Positions 1 through 10,637 of a DNA stretch of 32,000 nt are shown in pieces. The notes beneath the pieces were generated by a model. The model worked only from the letters and a program-made list of their open reading frames with translations. It was not told the DNA's origin and ran no database searches. The number at the start of each line of letters is the position of its first letter. Within the stretch, counting starts at the first letter, position 1. Position numbers and translations under genes: made by a program. The stretch is from Psychrobacter cryohalolentis K5 (lineage in GTDB: Bacteria; Pseudomonadota; Gammaproteobacteria; Pseudomonadales; Moraxellaceae), in NCBI RefSeq assembly GCF_000013905.1, contig NC_007969.1, positions 1,200,001 through 1,232,000 on the forward strand, given 5' to 3'.

Positions 1-1710
1 GAAGGAGTGACTGTCTCTGCCGTTGCAGCAGAGGTAATTAGCCCGCTAGAAAAAAGGACAGTGCAGCAAGCAGGTGTGCTACAAGGAGATTCTGGTCTCA
101 CTGGTGATTACAGCGAAAACTACTATGCGTTAGATAAGCTCAATGCAGGTTTGCCGCCCTTGTCTGAGCCGCCAAACTTGTCAACCCCACTTGCCACATT
201 AGAGTTTTTCCAATCGGCAGTCATGAAGCAGCAATATGATTTGGCAGCTTATGCACTAAATATGAACTTGATTGATAGAGAATCACAGTCGAATCAAGCA
301 ATGGATTTGGTCAAACAGCTTGATTTTTTATTGGTTGAAAAGCAGCTATATGTGTTTGATAAGTTGCCTGATCGTCCTGATGGCTTGATTGAACCGCCGC
401 TTGGCAGTACGAGCAGCATTCAAGGGATTCCTAGACGTTCTATTCAGCTTGGTTATATTGATTATCGCGAGCGCCGAGTACCCTTGCATCTAGAGCGTGT
501 ACGTATTGATAATGGGGCGCCTTTTTGGGTATTTTCAGCGCAGACGGTGGCAAATATTGATAAGCTTTATGAACAATATCATCCGGCAAAGTTTGAGCGA
601 TATCTGCCTAGTTGGACCAAGCTAAAGCTTTTTAATATTGCTATCTGGGAGTTTTTAGCGTTATTTATATTCTTCTCCTTTACCATGGGCATTGGCTGGC
701 TGCTAAGTACTGCCGCTGGCAAGCTCCTCAATTGGTATGTCATGGATAAAGAAGGCAACCGTCTTGGCACCCTTCATCACAACGGTGTAGAGGATTTGGT
801 CAATAAGCTGACGGTCCCTCTAACCTTTACCATCAGCTTCTCATCGGTATTTACCTTGGTATCGGGCGGCTTCCCTTACTTGGATGCAGTCGCTTCCTCT
901 ATACGTCCGATTATTTGGATTGGATTGGTCTTTAGCGCCATGTGGCTCGGTATACGTGTTATCAACTTTTTTGCCAACCGCTATCAAGATATGCAGATTG
1001 AAAATCTAGGAGAGGAGCAGTTTGACAAAGTGCGCCGTCGTCGAACTTACGTATCGATATTTCGTCGCGTCTTCGTATTTGTCATGGTGTTGGGCAGTAT
1101 TTGGATAGGTCTGAGTGAGTTTGCCAACATGGAAGGCTTTGGTAAAACCTTACTGACTTCGGCTGGCATTGCTGGCGTGGTCATTGGTATCGCCGCTCAA
1201 CCAATATTGGGTAACATCATTGCTGGAGTACAGGTAGCAGTGACCCAGCCCGTACGAATTGGCGACAGTGTGATAATGGATGGCAACTTTAGTACCGTTG
1301 AAGACCTGCGTTACACTTATGCGGTACTAAAAACATGGGATGAACGTCGATTAATCGTGCCGATGCGCGAATTGATCACCGAAATGGTAGAGAACTGGTC
1401 GCATACAGAAGTACATCAGACCTGTCCTGTGTTCTTATATATCGATTACGGCGCAGATATTGACGCCATTCGGCAGCAGTTTATTTCGGTGGTGAAAGAC
1501 AACAAGCTTTGGGACAACAAGACTGAGCCTGAAATATTTGTCGTTGAGGTAACTGAAAAGACCATTCAACTGCGTGGCGCTGTTTCAGCGGTAGGCCCTG
1601 TAGAAGCATGGACACTGGCCTGTGAGATACGTGAGCAGATGCTTGATTATTTGTACCGTGAACAAAAGCATTATTTACCAGCTGAGCACCTTGTATTGAG
1701 ACAAAAATAG
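1..1710 (+). CDS. MscS-family mechanosensitive ion channel (5' partial)
   Basis: The reading frame is open to the window edge: codons gaa gga precede the GTG at 7 with no upstream stop. The gene is therefore probably truncated at the N-terminus. Several hydrophobic helices are followed by an MscS-type pore/beta-domain signature, GIAGVVIGIAAQPILGNIIAGVQVAVTQPVRIGDSVIMDG. Confidence 0.85.
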   Translation, partial: EGVTVSAVAAEVISPLEKRTVQQAGVLQGDSGLTGDYSENYYALDKLNAGLPPLSEPPNLSTPLATLEFFQSAVMKQQYDLAAYALNMNLIDRESQSNQAMDLVKQLDFLLVEKQLYVFDKLPDRPDGLIEPPLGSTSSIQGIPRRSIQLGYIDYRERRVPLHLERVRIDNGAPFWVFSAQTVANIDKLYEQYHPAKFERYLPSWTKLKLFNIAIWEFLALFIFFSFTMGIGWLLSTAAGKLLNWYVMDKEGNRLGTLHHNGVEDLVNKLTVPLTFTISFSSVFTLVSGGFPYLDAVASSIRPIIWIGLVFSAMWLGIRVINFFANRYQDMQIENLGEEQFDKVRRRRTYVSIFRRVFVFVMVLGSIWIGLSEFANMEGFGKTLLTSAGIAGVVIGIAAQPILGNIIAGVQVAVTQPVRIGDSVIMDGNFSTVEDLRYTYAVLKTWDERRLIVPMRELITEMVENWSHTEVHQTCPVFLYIDYGADIDAIRQQFISVVKDNKLWDNKTEPEIFVVEVTEKTIQLRGAVSAVGPVEAWTLACEIREQMLDYLYREQKHYLPAEHLVLRQK

Positions 1711-2110
1711 TCAATGTCTATTGGTTTAGCGCTTAAAAAATTTGAATGTACAGCGTCACTATCGATAGACAGCTTTGGGTAAAACCTATTGACAAATATA
1801 GCATGCGATTTGCTTGCTTATTTGTTATAATATGGCGTTATTTTTAAGGGATAATTCAGTTGTTAAGCATTGTATAGTTAGATTTTGGGGCAGGTAAAGG
1901 GCGCTGTATTAGCCAGTCTGCTGAGCCAATGATTTAATGAGCAATGATGAATTGATGATGTGCCGAACGAATGTTTGTATTTAGTATTTGTTCCCCACAG
2001 TTTTATTATTTTCTGCTAGGTTTATAACCTTATGATTTTGATAGAATTTTCGTTGATTTTCTTGATGCTGTATTGCCCACCCATCAAAATAACCACTACT
2101 AGGGGTCTGT

Positions 2111-3583
2111 ATGTTGCGAATTGTCGATGAAGCCTTAACCTTTGATGACGTTTTATTATTGCCAGCTTATTCAGAAATACTGCCAAAAGCTGCTAATCTA
2201 ACGACCCGCCTAACAAAAAGTATCACGCTAAATTTACCGCTAATTTCTGCTGCTATGGATACAGTCACTGAGTCTGAGATGGCCATTACCATGGCACAAC
2301 TTGGTGGTTTAGGTATTTTGCATAAGAGCATGGATATCGATAAGCAGGCAATGCAAGTGCGCCGCGTCAAGAAATTCGAAGCTGGTACTGTGGTTGATCC
2401 TATTACTGTGCATCCAGAGATGACCATCGGTGAGTTATTAAGACTGACCCAAGACAATAATATCTCAGGCGTGCCAGTGGTTGAGAAGGGCACGGATAAA
2501 GTAGTCGGTATCGTTACTCATCGTGACTGGCGCTTTGAGACCAATCTATCATTGCCTGTCAGCCATATCATGACGCCAAAAGAGCAGCTCGTCACCGTTA
2601 AAGAAGGTGAGAGCAACGAAAACATCAAAAGACTGCTACACGAGCACCGTATCGAAAAAGTTATTGTCATCAATGATGATTTCCGTTTGCGTGGTCTGAT
2701 TACGGTCAATGACTTTGCCAAAGCTGAAAACAATCCCAATGCTTGTAAAGATGAGCAAGGTCGCCTGCGTGTGGGCGCAGCAGTTGGTACGGGCGCTGAT
2801 ACTCAAGCACGCGTTGAAGCTTTGATTGCGGCTGACGTCGATATCATCGTTGTTGATACCGCGCATGGTCACTCAAAAGGCGTTATTGATAAAGTATCTT
2901 GGATTAAAAAACATTTCCCGCATGTACAAGTGATTGGCGGCAATATCGCGACAGGTGATGCTGCAAAAGCCTTACGTGATGCTGGTGCAGATGCCGTGAA
3001 AGTTGGTATCGGCCCAGGATCTATCTGTACCACACGTATTATCGCTGGTATCGGTGTACCGCAAATCTCTGCAATTGATAGTGTTGCAAGCGCTTTGCAA
3101 GACAGTATTCCATTGATTGCTGATGGTGGTATTCGCTATTCAGGTGATATGGCAAAAGCCATTGCTGCTGGTGCATCATGCATCATGGTTGGCTCACTTA
3201 TGGCAGGTACAGAAGAAGCACCGGGCGAAGTTGAGCTATTCCAAGGTCGCTATTATAAAGCTTACCGCGGTATGGGTAGCTTGGGCGCGATGTCAGGTCA
3301 AAACGGCTCATCAGATCGCTACTTCCAAGATGCCAAAGACGGTGTGGAAAAATTGGTGCCAGAAGGTATCGAAGGTCGTGTACCTTATAAAGGTCCAGTC
3401 GCTGGTATCGTCAACCAATTGGTAGGTGGCTTGCGCTCATCTATGGGTTATACCGGCTGTGCCACGATTGAAGATATGCGCAGCAAACCACAGTTCATCA
3501 AAGTTACCTCAGCGGGTATGAAAGAATCGCATGTGCATGATGTGCAAATCACCAAAGAAGCACCTAACTATCGAGTCGACTAA
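2111..3583 (+). CDS. guaB: IMP dehydrogenase
   Basis: 490 aa. The N-terminus reads [11 protein letters not shown], a CBS-pair insert is present, the catalytic loop is [11 protein letters not shown], and GGIRYSGD is present. An AGGGG RBS lies just upstream of the ATG. Confidence 0.97.
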   Translation: MLRIVDEALTFDDVLLLPAYSEILPKAANLTTRLTKSITLNLPLISAAMDTVTESEMAITMAQLGGLGILHKSMDIDKQAMQVRRVKKFEAGTVVDPITVHPEMTIGELLRLTQDNNISGVPVVEKGTDKVVGIVTHRDWRFETNLSLPVSHIMTPKEQLVTVKEGESNENIKRLLHEHRIEKVIVINDDFRLRGLITVNDFAKAENNPNACKDEQGRLRVGAAVGTGADTQARVEALIAADVDIIVVDTAHGHSKGVIDKVSWIKKHFPHVQVIGGNIATGDAAKALRDAGADAVKVGIGPGSICTTRIIAGIGVPQISAIDSVASALQDSIPLIADGGIRYSGDMAKAIAAGASCIMVGSLMAGTEEAPGEVELFQGRYYKAYRGMGSLGAMSGQNGSSDRYFQDAKDGVEKLVPEGIEGRVPYKGPVAGIVNQLVGGLRSSMGYTGCATIEDMRSKPQFIKVTSAGMKESHVHDVQITKEAPNYRVD

Positions 3584-3651
3584 TTATATCTTTGCCGCTA
3601 TAGGATGCGATGACTCGCAGCTGTACAGTGTCAAGCGACGTTAAGATACAA

Positions 3652-3690
3652 ACAGCCAACAATGCCTTGTTATTGTTGGCTGTTTTTTTT
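3652..3690 (+). terminator. Rho-independent terminator after guaB
   Basis: A perfect 12-bp stem, ACAGCCAACAAT (3652-3663) with ATTGTTGGCTGT (3672-3683), is followed by a T-run at 3684-3690. Confidence 0.85.
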
Positions 3691-3828
3691 GTAAAATACA
3701 ATCATAGATTATTCTAATAATTGATAACTGTTTGTCTTATCAAAACCATTGATGACAGTGAATCATTGAAGCTACTGAGCCTGCTTCCACGTCGGGGCTT
3801 TTACTTTTAGACTTAAGGAAAAATAATA

Positions 3829-5196
3829 ATGAGCTACTTTGGCACTGATGGTATTCGCGGTAAATTTGGTGAGCTGCCAATTACGCCAGACTTTATCTTG
3901 AAATTGGGTTATGTCACAGGATTGGTGCTGATAGAAAATAATCAAAATTCGCCGCGTAAGCCAAGTGTTGTGATTGGTAAAGACACGCGGTTGTCAGGCT
4001 ATGTGATCGAAGGCGCACTACAAGCAGGCTTTAACGCCGCTGGCGTCGATGTATATATGTTAGGGCCATTGCCCACACCTGCTATCGCACATTTGACCCG
4101 TAGCTTTAATGCCGATGCAGGCGTAGTCATTTCTGCCTCACACAATCCATACTATGATAATGGCATCAAATTTTTCTCAGCCGACGGCAAAAAATTAACT
4201 GATGCAATGCAAAATGCTATCAATGATAAGTTGGACGCTATTATGGCGGTCGACGGTAATAACGATGCCGTAATGCCTATTCTTGATCCGGCACAATTGG
4301 GTAAAAATAACCGTATCGATGATGCGAAAGGTCGCTATATTGAATTCTGTAAAGGCAGCTTTCCCTATCAATATGATTTAGATCATCTGACTGTGGTCGT
4401 CGACTGTGCAAATGGTGCAGGCTATAGCGTGGCGCCTCGTGTCATGCGTGAGCTGGGCGCCAATGTCATCGCCATTAATAATAAGCCTGACGGCATCAAT
4501 ATCAATGCTGATTGTGGCTCAACCCATCCTGAAGGTCTGCAAGAAGCAGTGCTAAAATACGAAGCCGATGTGGGCATTGCTTTAGATGGTGATGGCGACC
4601 GTATTGTGATGGTTGATGAAGCCGGCAATTTGGTTGACGGCGATGGTATCTTGTATGTGCTCGCTACTCAAGGTCAAACAAAGGTGGCAGGTGTCGTTGG
4701 CACCCTAATGAGCAATATGGGTTTAGAGTTGGCGTTAAAAGCGGCTGATATTGAGTTTACACGTGCAAAAGTAGGCGATCGTTATGTGATGCAAGAGCTT
4801 GAGGCCAACGGTTGGATATTGGGCGGTGAGCCATCAGGTCATATTTTATGCTTAGACAAGAGCCGGACTGGCGACGCTATTATTGCAAGTTTGCAGATAC
4901 TTGCAGTCATGCAAGCAAGAGGCAAAGCGCTTAGCGATTTAACTGAAGGCTTTGAAGTATTGCCACAAAAACTGGTCAATGTACGCTTGTCTCAAATGCA
5001 AGATCCGTTTGAGCATGAAGAGCTAGTGGTTGCTTTTGATAAAGCTCGTGCTACTTTAGAAGGTCGCGGTCGCTTGCTTATTCGCCAATCGGGTACAGAG
5101 CCGATGATTCGAGTCATGGTTGAATCAGATGATGAGATAGAGTGTGATGTAATGGCGAATGATTTGGCAGATAAAATAAAAGCCATATTGGGTTAA
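3829..5196 (+). CDS. glmM: phosphoglucosamine mutase
   Basis: 455 aa. The N-terminus reads YFGTDGIRG. The phosphoserine active site is [15 protein letters not shown] and the Mg site is DGDGDR. An AAGGA RBS is present. Confidence 0.97.
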   Translation: MSYFGTDGIRGKFGELPITPDFILKLGYVTGLVLIENNQNSPRKPSVVIGKDTRLSGYVIEGALQAGFNAAGVDVYMLGPLPTPAIAHLTRSFNADAGVVISASHNPYYDNGIKFFSADGKKLTDAMQNAINDKLDAIMAVDGNNDAVMPILDPAQLGKNNRIDDAKGRYIEFCKGSFPYQYDLDHLTVVVDCANGAGYSVAPRVMRELGANVIAINNKPDGININADCGSTHPEGLQEAVLKYEADVGIALDGDGDRIVMVDEAGNLVDGDGILYVLATQGQTKVAGVVGTLMSNMGLELALKAADIEFTRAKVGDRYVMQELEANGWILGGEPSGHILCLDKSRTGDAIIASLQILAVMQARGKALSDLTEGFEVLPQKLVNVRLSQMQDPFEHEELVVAFDKARATLEGRGRLLIRQSGTEPMIRVMVESDDEIECDVMANDLADKIKAILG

Positions 5197-5242
5197 TAGT
5201 CTTTGATATAAACATACTAGAATAGCAAAATAAGGGACAATC

Positions 5243-5893
5243 ATGAGTATGGATTTTAGCGATCAGCGTTTGTCATATGAAAAAGGTCAACTAGACCAAC
5301 AATCAATACCAGCATCACCGTTTGAGCTGTTAAATGTTTGGATGCAGCAGGCCATAGAAGAAAACGTGCAAGAGCCGTATGCTATGAGCTTAGCGACTTG
5401 TGGGGCGGATAATAAGCCTAGCGTGCGTATTGTTCTATTGCGTGAGATTACAGATAAAGGTATCGTTTTTTATACCAATTACGAAAGTGCCAAGGGTCAA
5501 GATATCGCTGAAAATCCTAATGTCGAAGCGCTGTTTTTTTGGCATAAGCTTGAGCGTCAGATTCGTATTAGCGGCAGTATTGCTAAAATTGATGCTGATA
5601 AATCTGCTGCTTACTTTCAAAAACGCCCGCACGATAGCCAAGTAGGCGCATGGGTTAGCCAACCACAAAGCGGTGAAGTTGCTAATCGCGATGTGATGGA
5701 GCAGACGTTTGAGCAATTGAAAATAGACTATCCAGAAGGTGCAGCCGTACCAACGCCTGAGTTTTGGGGTGGTTACGAGATTACTGTCAATGAGATTGAG
5801 TTTTGGCAAGGTCGCGCCAATCGAATGCATGACCGTATTGTCTATCATAAAGAGGCGGATGGTAGTTTTAGCACCAAACGCTTATTGCCTTAA
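5243..5893 (+). CDS. pdxH: pyridoxamine 5'-phosphate oxidase
   Basis: 216 aa. PNPOx hallmarks are present: IEFWQGRANRMHDR and a C-terminal RLLP. An AAGGGA RBS is present. Confidence 0.95.
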   Translation: MSMDFSDQRLSYEKGQLDQQSIPASPFELLNVWMQQAIEENVQEPYAMSLATCGADNKPSVRIVLLREITDKGIVFYTNYESAKGQDIAENPNVEALFFWHKLERQIRISGSIAKIDADKSAAYFQKRPHDSQVGAWVSQPQSGEVANRDVMEQTFEQLKIDYPEGAAVPTPEFWGGYEITVNEIEFWQGRANRMHDRIVYHKEADGSFSTKRLLP

Positions 5894-5941
5894 ACGTAAT
5901 CAATAGCGCATGATATGGGCTTAGAAGAAGTTCATGTTTAT

Positions 5942-5994
5942 AAAAAAGCCACTTTACCTGTCGTATTCATATGGCAAAAAAAGTGGCTTTTTTT
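5942..5994. terminator. Putative bidirectional terminator between convergent pdxH and the HlyD-type gene
   Basis: AAAAAGCCACTTT (to 5955) and AAAGTGGCTTTTT (from 5980) are perfect reverse complements, with an A-run on one side and a T-run on the other. The loop is long (about 24 nt), which lowers confidence. Confidence 0.5.
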
Positions 5995-6012
5995 ATTTCT
6001 TTAATAGTGGAG

Positions 6013-7404
6013 CTATTTGGTATCAACATCTACCGAAACAGACATACCAGGACGTAGGCGGGCAAGGTCTGGCTGGTTAGAGTCTAAGTCGATGCGTACC
6101 GGAATACGCTGAGCAATTTTAATATAGTTACCTGTCGCAGGATTGGCAGCGCCAGCACTGAATTCACTGCCTGTTGCGGGTGATATATTGCTGACCCGTC
6201 CGCTAAACCGTGTACCACCTAAGGCATCCACATGAATAGTGGCCGCTTCACCAATGGTCATATTTGCCACTTGCGTCTCTTTAAAGTTGGCAATAATCCA
6301 TACGCCTTTTGGTACGATATACATAAGCTGCGTACCAGCAGTGACATATTGTCCTGTTTTAACGCTCAACTGACTCAGTTGTCCCGATTCAGGAGCACGG
6401 ATTATGGTGTTGTCCAAGTTAATCTGTGCTTGTTTTGCGGCAGCTTCAGCATTTTTGATATTGGCATCCAATGAAGAGCGGCTAGCCGTCGTTTTTTTGC
6501 TGCCCTCGACTGCCACTTGTAAATTGGCTTCCGCTTGTTGGACACCAGCTTGTGCTTTTGCTAATTGAGCTTCAGCATGGGCAACATCTGCACTTGATAC
6601 TGCACCAATGGCAATCAAGCCCTGATAACGGTTGACGTCCTCTCGGGCACTGTCGACACTCACTTTGGCGCTATAAACATCTGCCTCACGTGCCTGAATC
6701 TGTGCTTGGCTGGTGCCAGTATCTTGCGCATTACTAGAGCGATTGGTTAACGCAATATCGATATTCGCCCGCGCTTGTTCGAGCTGCTGCTGAAAAGTAC
6801 GGTCATCTATTTTTACCAATAAGTCACCAGCTACAACATTCGCAAAATCTTCTACCGCTACTTCTGTCACATAACCTGACACTTGCGGACTGATAATGGT
6901 GGTTTGTCCTTTAACAAAAGCATTATTGGTTTGCTGCATGGTTGGAGTAAAAGGTGGTAGTTTCCACGCATAGAGAATGAGTGCCACACCAATAACAATC
7001 AGCGCAATCAGTAAGGCTAAATTAAAAAATGACTTCTTTTTGGGCGACCAACCTGCTGGCGCAGGAATAGATTCAGTGGGTGGCATCGGTGTATCATCTT
7101 TGCCATCGCCTGCCTCAGTGCTGTCTATTTTATTTGTATCAGCGGCGTTTATAGGCTCATTGGTATTCGTAGGTAAGTCATCAGAAGGGTCGGTTTGAAT
7201 CCGAGTTGCAGACATAGTCGGTTCAGGTTGAATGGCTGCTATATTGGTATTTGCGTCATTATTGGAAGCCATGTGTGACTGTGATGGTGTATCCACAACC
7301 GCTTGATTTGATAGTGATTCACTAGCTTGAGCATTTTCAACAGTTTTAGCTGTTTTGTTAGGTGTGCTTGCGTCATCAACGCGGTTCGGTTTGTCTTCGT
7401 TCAT
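6013..7404 (-). CDS. HlyD/EmrA-type efflux periplasmic adaptor with a long low-complexity N-terminus
   Basis: 463 aa. A single TM helix (FFNLALLIALIVIGVALILYAW) is followed by an alpha-hairpin rich in A/Q/E and a barrel-sandwich region (GMSVSVDVDTK end), as in the HlyD_D23/EmrA family. An AGGAG RBS is present. Confidence 0.85.
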   Translation of the reverse strand: MNEDKPNRVDDASTPNKTAKTVENAQASESLSNQAVVDTPSQSHMASNNDANTNIAAIQPEPTMSATRIQTDPSDDLPTNTNEPINAADTNKIDSTEAGDGKDDTPMPPTESIPAPAGWSPKKKSFFNLALLIALIVIGVALILYAWKLPPFTPTMQQTNNAFVKGQTTIISPQVSGYVTEVAVEDFANVVAGDLLVKIDDRTFQQQLEQARANIDIALTNRSSNAQDTGTSQAQIQAREADVYSAKVSVDSAREDVNRYQGLIAIGAVSSADVAHAEAQLAKAQAGVQQAEANLQVAVEGSKKTTASRSSLDANIKNAEAAAKQAQINLDNTIIRAPESGQLSQLSVKTGQYVTAGTQLMYIVPKGVWIIANFKETQVANMTIGEAATIHVDALGGTRFSGRVSNISPATGSEFSAGAANPATGNYIKIAQRIPVRIDLDSNQPDLARLRPGMSVSVDVDTK

Positions 7405-7505
7405 GACGCACTCCTAAAGGATTTTATAAACATAATAGATAACGTTACAATAATAATAAGGGAGAATAGGCGCTATAGAATACACAATAGCATTTGCACT
7501 ATCTG

Positions 7506-9122
7506 CTATTTTTTGCCCATCATTTCTGCTAACGCGGCAAGCTCTTTACCAAGTGGGTTGCGCTTATGATACAGATAATAGAAATACACCATTAATAAAT
7601 AGATCGCGGTAATCGTAGCGCTCACTGCCATTAAAAAGAATAAATCATCATAAGCGGCAACGGTCGCTTGGCGCTGAATCCCTTGCAGCATTTGGGTCAT
7701 TTGAGCAGGGTTGCCAGCAGTCATCGAGCTGACCATATCTGCATAGTGCATCTGCGTGCGAATAGTGGTAAAGGCTTGAATACCGGCGGCACCTGCTAAA
7801 CCGCCAACCGTTTGCGAAATACCAAAAATCACCGAGAAGCTAATAATATAGGCAGGTCCATTAGCAATGGCACGAAACATCCCTTCAAATACCATCGGTC
7901 CCATAAAATATACGGCAGCAAACGCAATGATAAACTGACTAAAATAAAACATGACAGGTGTAGAATTCAGTGACACACCCGTATCTATCCATGCACCAAT
8001 CGCAATCAATGCCACGGCAAAAATAACCGGTCGACGCAGGTCCATCGCATTGGTCGTAAAAATACTAAGCACCAATGCCAGCGCACTAGCGGCTAAAATA
8101 ATGGCATAGAACACAATCAGCTGATCATTGCCATAACCGAGGTTAGCCAATAACCCTGCCGCGCCAACGCTTTGCTCCGACAGCAAGATACGCATCACAG
8201 CGCCCGTTATCATAAAGGCGATAATCGTCCGGCTGCGCATCCAACGTACTTGTAGCATTGGATTTTTACGATGGGTTTCAATCCACAACGCAATAGAAAT
8301 GGTGACGACGGAAATAATCAGTGGATAACTGAGCCAAGGAGTCGTCCACCATAAAATACGCCCTTGTACCAAAAACACTGCCAATGCTGCAAGACCAGTC
8401 GCAAAAAAAACAAAGCTGACAATATCCAGCTTTTCAAAGACTCTTTCCATATTACCGCGTGGCAGCTCAAGAAGGTTAATTAAGCCAAAGCATATCAAAG
8501 CTAAGCCTACTTGGAATAAAAACAAGCCTTCAAGTTGACCATCGGCGGCAAGATAAGGCGAGATGATGCGAGATAAAGGCACCCCAAACTGTACCAAGCC
8601 AAAGCCCAAAATCAGTCCACTAATACGCCGAGCTGCTGGCATGCCTTGCAAACAATAAAAGATAGACAATACCGTCATGGCACTCGCAACCACGCCGCTA
8701 AAGCCACGGGCAATCAGCTCTAAATAATAAGGATCAATGCTAATTCCGGTGGTTGAGCTCAATAGATGACTACTGACTAACCACTGCATACTGGTCGCTG
8801 AGAGCAAAAAGAATAGGGTGATTTTGCTAAATAACGACATACCAAACTGTTGGCGAATTTTATAGAGCAGTACCGTGATACAGGCATTGGTCATATTGTA
8901 AGCGACTGATATCCAGCCACCCTCAACAGGGGTTAAGCCCATCTCACCTTGAATTTGAGAGAGGTTGGCGACTAATAGACCGTTTTGAAAACTGGCAGTA
9001 ATACCGATAAAAATACCGATTAGTAAGTAAAATACTTTCCGATAAGTAGGATGATCGGGTGTGGCAGGAGAGCCCAGCATAAACGGCTGTTCATGAGGCT
9101 TAAACTGATAGTCGGTACTCAT
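7506..9122 (-). CDS. MFS-type efflux transporter (DHA2/EmrB-like, about 14 TM helices)
   Basis: 538 aa and very hydrophobic, with about 14 helices. It lies directly upstream of the HlyD-type adaptor on the same strand. I could not clearly see the canonical MFS motif A, so the family call is moderate. The RBS is weak. Confidence 0.65.
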   Translation of the reverse strand: MSTDYQFKPHEQPFMLGSPATPDHPTYRKVFYLLIGIFIGITASFQNGLLVANLSQIQGEMGLTPVEGGWISVAYNMTNACITVLLYKIRQQFGMSLFSKITLFFLLSATSMQWLVSSHLLSSTTGISIDPYYLELIARGFSGVVASAMTVLSIFYCLQGMPAARRISGLILGFGLVQFGVPLSRIISPYLAADGQLEGLFLFQVGLALICFGLINLLELPRGNMERVFEKLDIVSFVFFATGLAALAVFLVQGRILWWTTPWLSYPLIISVVTISIALWIETHRKNPMLQVRWMRSRTIIAFMITGAVMRILLSEQSVGAAGLLANLGYGNDQLIVFYAIILAASALALVLSIFTTNAMDLRRPVIFAVALIAIGAWIDTGVSLNSTPVMFYFSQFIIAFAAVYFMGPMVFEGMFRAIANGPAYIISFSVIFGISQTVGGLAGAAGIQAFTTIRTQMHYADMVSSMTAGNPAQMTQMLQGIQRQATVAAYDDLFFLMAVSATITAIYLLMVYFYYLYHKRNPLGKELAALAEMMGKK

Positions 9123-9208
9123 GGGCTATCTATCATCGGTAACGACGGATAATGTAAATTCATGATAACGCTCCCAGTTATCAGGCGGTGTCTGATCAGC
9201 GCTAATAA

Positions 9209-9239
9209 GAAAAAATAGCCCAAGAAAAGCTTGAGCTAT
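9209..9239 (-). terminator. Rho-independent terminator after the GST gene
   Basis: On the minus strand, ATAGCTCAAG-CTTTT-CTTGGGCTAT forms a 10-bp stem with one G-U pair, followed by TTTTTT. Confidence 0.7.
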
Positions 9240-9290
9240 TTTATCATAGTTTTTGATTATCGTTCGCATCTACGCGCTTAACCGTGGAAT

Positions 9291-9926
9291 TTATGTCAGA
9301 GTAGTCATATCATAATTTGCTTCCAAACGCATGGCGCGCTGATAGCTATCAAGGCTTGCCAGTTGTAGCGCGTATTCTTTAATATGAGGATAATCCTCTA
9401 ACGCCTCACGCTTGAGAAGCATAATCAAATCAAACGACAGCATAAAATCTGCACCGCTTAGCTTGTTACCCACGATAAAGGATTTGCCTGCCACCTCGTC
9501 ATTTAGATAGCTCAGTAGCCTGTGTTTTTCTTGAGCGATATACCCTTTTAAAAATGCATTATCACCAGCACCTGCTTTATTGGTAAATAATTCAAGCAAA
9601 AGCGGCAGCATCAGCGAGCTTTCAGCAAAGTTAATCCACTGTAAGTAATGACCATAATCTGCGCTATCGATAGCAGGGCGAAGATTATCAGGTGCAAACC
9701 GCTCAATCAATAGCTCAGTAATCGCACCTGACTCTGCATAAAGCTCGCCATCCATCTCAATAACCGGAGACTTACCAAGAGGATGTACCGCTTTTAGGCT
9801 ATCTGGTGCTAGATGCGTTTTAGCATCACGCTGGTGGCTAATAATTTCATAAGGTTGTCCCAATTCTTCTAAAAGCCATAACGTCCGTAATGAGCGTGAT
9901 TGATTGAGGTGATGTAAGCGAATCAT
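9291..9926 (-). CDS. glutathione S-transferase family protein
   Basis: 211 aa. The N-terminal thioredoxin-like GST fold (SRSLRTLWLLEELGQPYE, GKSPVIE) is followed by a helical C-terminal domain. Confidence 0.85.
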   Translation of the reverse strand: MIRLHHLNQSRSLRTLWLLEELGQPYEIISHQRDAKTHLAPDSLKAVHPLGKSPVIEMDGELYAESGAITELLIERFAPDNLRPAIDSADYGHYLQWINFAESSLMLPLLLELFTNKAGAGDNAFLKGYIAQEKHRLLSYLNDEVAGKSFIVGNKLSGADFMLSFDLIMLLKREALEDYPHIKEYALQLASLDSYQRAMRLEANYDMTTLT

Positions 9927-9959
9927 TTAGTTAGCCTTTTTGCAGTGGATTTGATGCTA

Positions 9960-10637
9960 TTAAGCCTGTATTTTAGCCATTAAACGCTTGGCGGCTTCTT
10001 CTGACGACGCTGGATTTTGACCCGTGATCAGCAAACCATCTTCGACCACAAACGATTCCCAATCAGAGCTTTTTTCATAGTTTCCGCCATTGGCTTTTAG
10101 CACATCTTCTAATAAGAAAGGCACGACGTCAGTGAGTTGAACCGCTTCTTCTTCAGTATTACTAAAGCCTGTGACCGTTTTGCCTTTGACCAGATACTCG
10201 CCATCGATTTTAACGTTTTTGAGCGCGGCAGGAGAATGGCAGACAAAAGCAACGGGCTTATCTTGTTTGATAAACGTCTCAATTAATTCAATCGAGTTTT
10301 TATCAACGGCTAAATCCCACATTGGACCATGACCACCAGGATAGAATACTGAATCAAAATCTTCCGCTTTCATATCTGCCAATTTTTTAGTCGTTGCTAG
10401 GCGTTCTTGGGCTTCAGAATCTTCTTTAAAACGTTTGGTATCTTTGGTTTGAGCATCCGGCGTGTCACTACTTGGGTCAAGTGGTGGTTGACCGCCTGCA
10501 GGAGAGGCAATCGTGATATTGACACCGGCATCTAAAAAAGCATAGTAAGGCGCGGCAAATTCTTCTAGCCAAAAGCCAGTCTTCTTACCAGTATCGCCCA
10601 ATTTATCGTGTGAAGTTAGTACCATTAAAATATTCAT
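9960..10637 (-). CDS. DJ-1/PfpI (type 1 glutamine amidotransferase-like) family protein
   Basis: 225 aa. The nucleophile-elbow context is AFVCHSPAAL, and the end reads LITGQNPASS, typical of the DJ-1/ThiJ/Hsp31-like class. An AGGGA RBS is present. Confidence 0.8.
   Translation of the reverse strand: MNILMVLTSHDKLGDTGKKTGFWLEEFAAPYYAFLDAGVNITIASPAGGQPPLDPSSDTPDAQTKDTKRFKEDSEAQERLATTKKLADMKAEDFDSVFYPGGHGPMWDLAVDKNSIELIETFIKQDKPVAFVCHSPAALKNVKIDGEYLVKGKTVTGFSNTEEEAVQLTDVVPFLLEDVLKANGGNYEKSSDWESFVVEDGLLITGQNPASSEEAAKRLMAKIQA

Noticed and set aside
1789-1831. A perfect TTGACA (1789-1794) and a perfect TATAAT (1826-1831) in the 400-nt region upstream of guaB, which could mark a promoter or sRNA start.
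   Set aside because: The two hexamers are 31 nt apart, far from the 16-18 nt optimum, and no suitably spaced partner hexamer exists for either. I could identify no conserved RNA structure or small ORF with an RBS downstream. The long guaB upstream region remains unexplained, but there is no positive evidence for a feature.
2167-3425. Overlapping ORFs within guaB: antisense ORFs at 2167-2493, 2518-2739 and 2636-2872, and a same-strand out-of-frame ORF at 3117-3425.
   Set aside because: They are embedded in a highly conserved CDS and lack start signals. Their translated sequences are low-complexity or biased, as expected for shadow frames. The same reasoning applies to these listed ORFs:
- 579-770 and 1481-1714;
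- 4422-4628 and 4992-5186;
- 5400-5645 and 5435-5848;
- 6232-6474 and 6977-7198;
- 11128-11478;
- 12013-12285 and 12838-13122;
- 14523-14792, 14555-14770, 14935-15177, 15311-15526, 15604-15858 and 15630-15821;
- 16849-17043 and 18238-18456;
- 20406-20603;
- 21478-21774 and 21895-22137;
- 25491-25721 and 25737-25946;
- 27496-27690;
- 28739-28969 and 28773-28988.
7327-7569. An 80-aa plus-strand ORF bridging the HlyD start, the intergenic gap and the MFS stop.
   Set aside because: It lies antisense to both flanking genes and crosses AT-rich spacer. It has no RBS and no recognisable fold.
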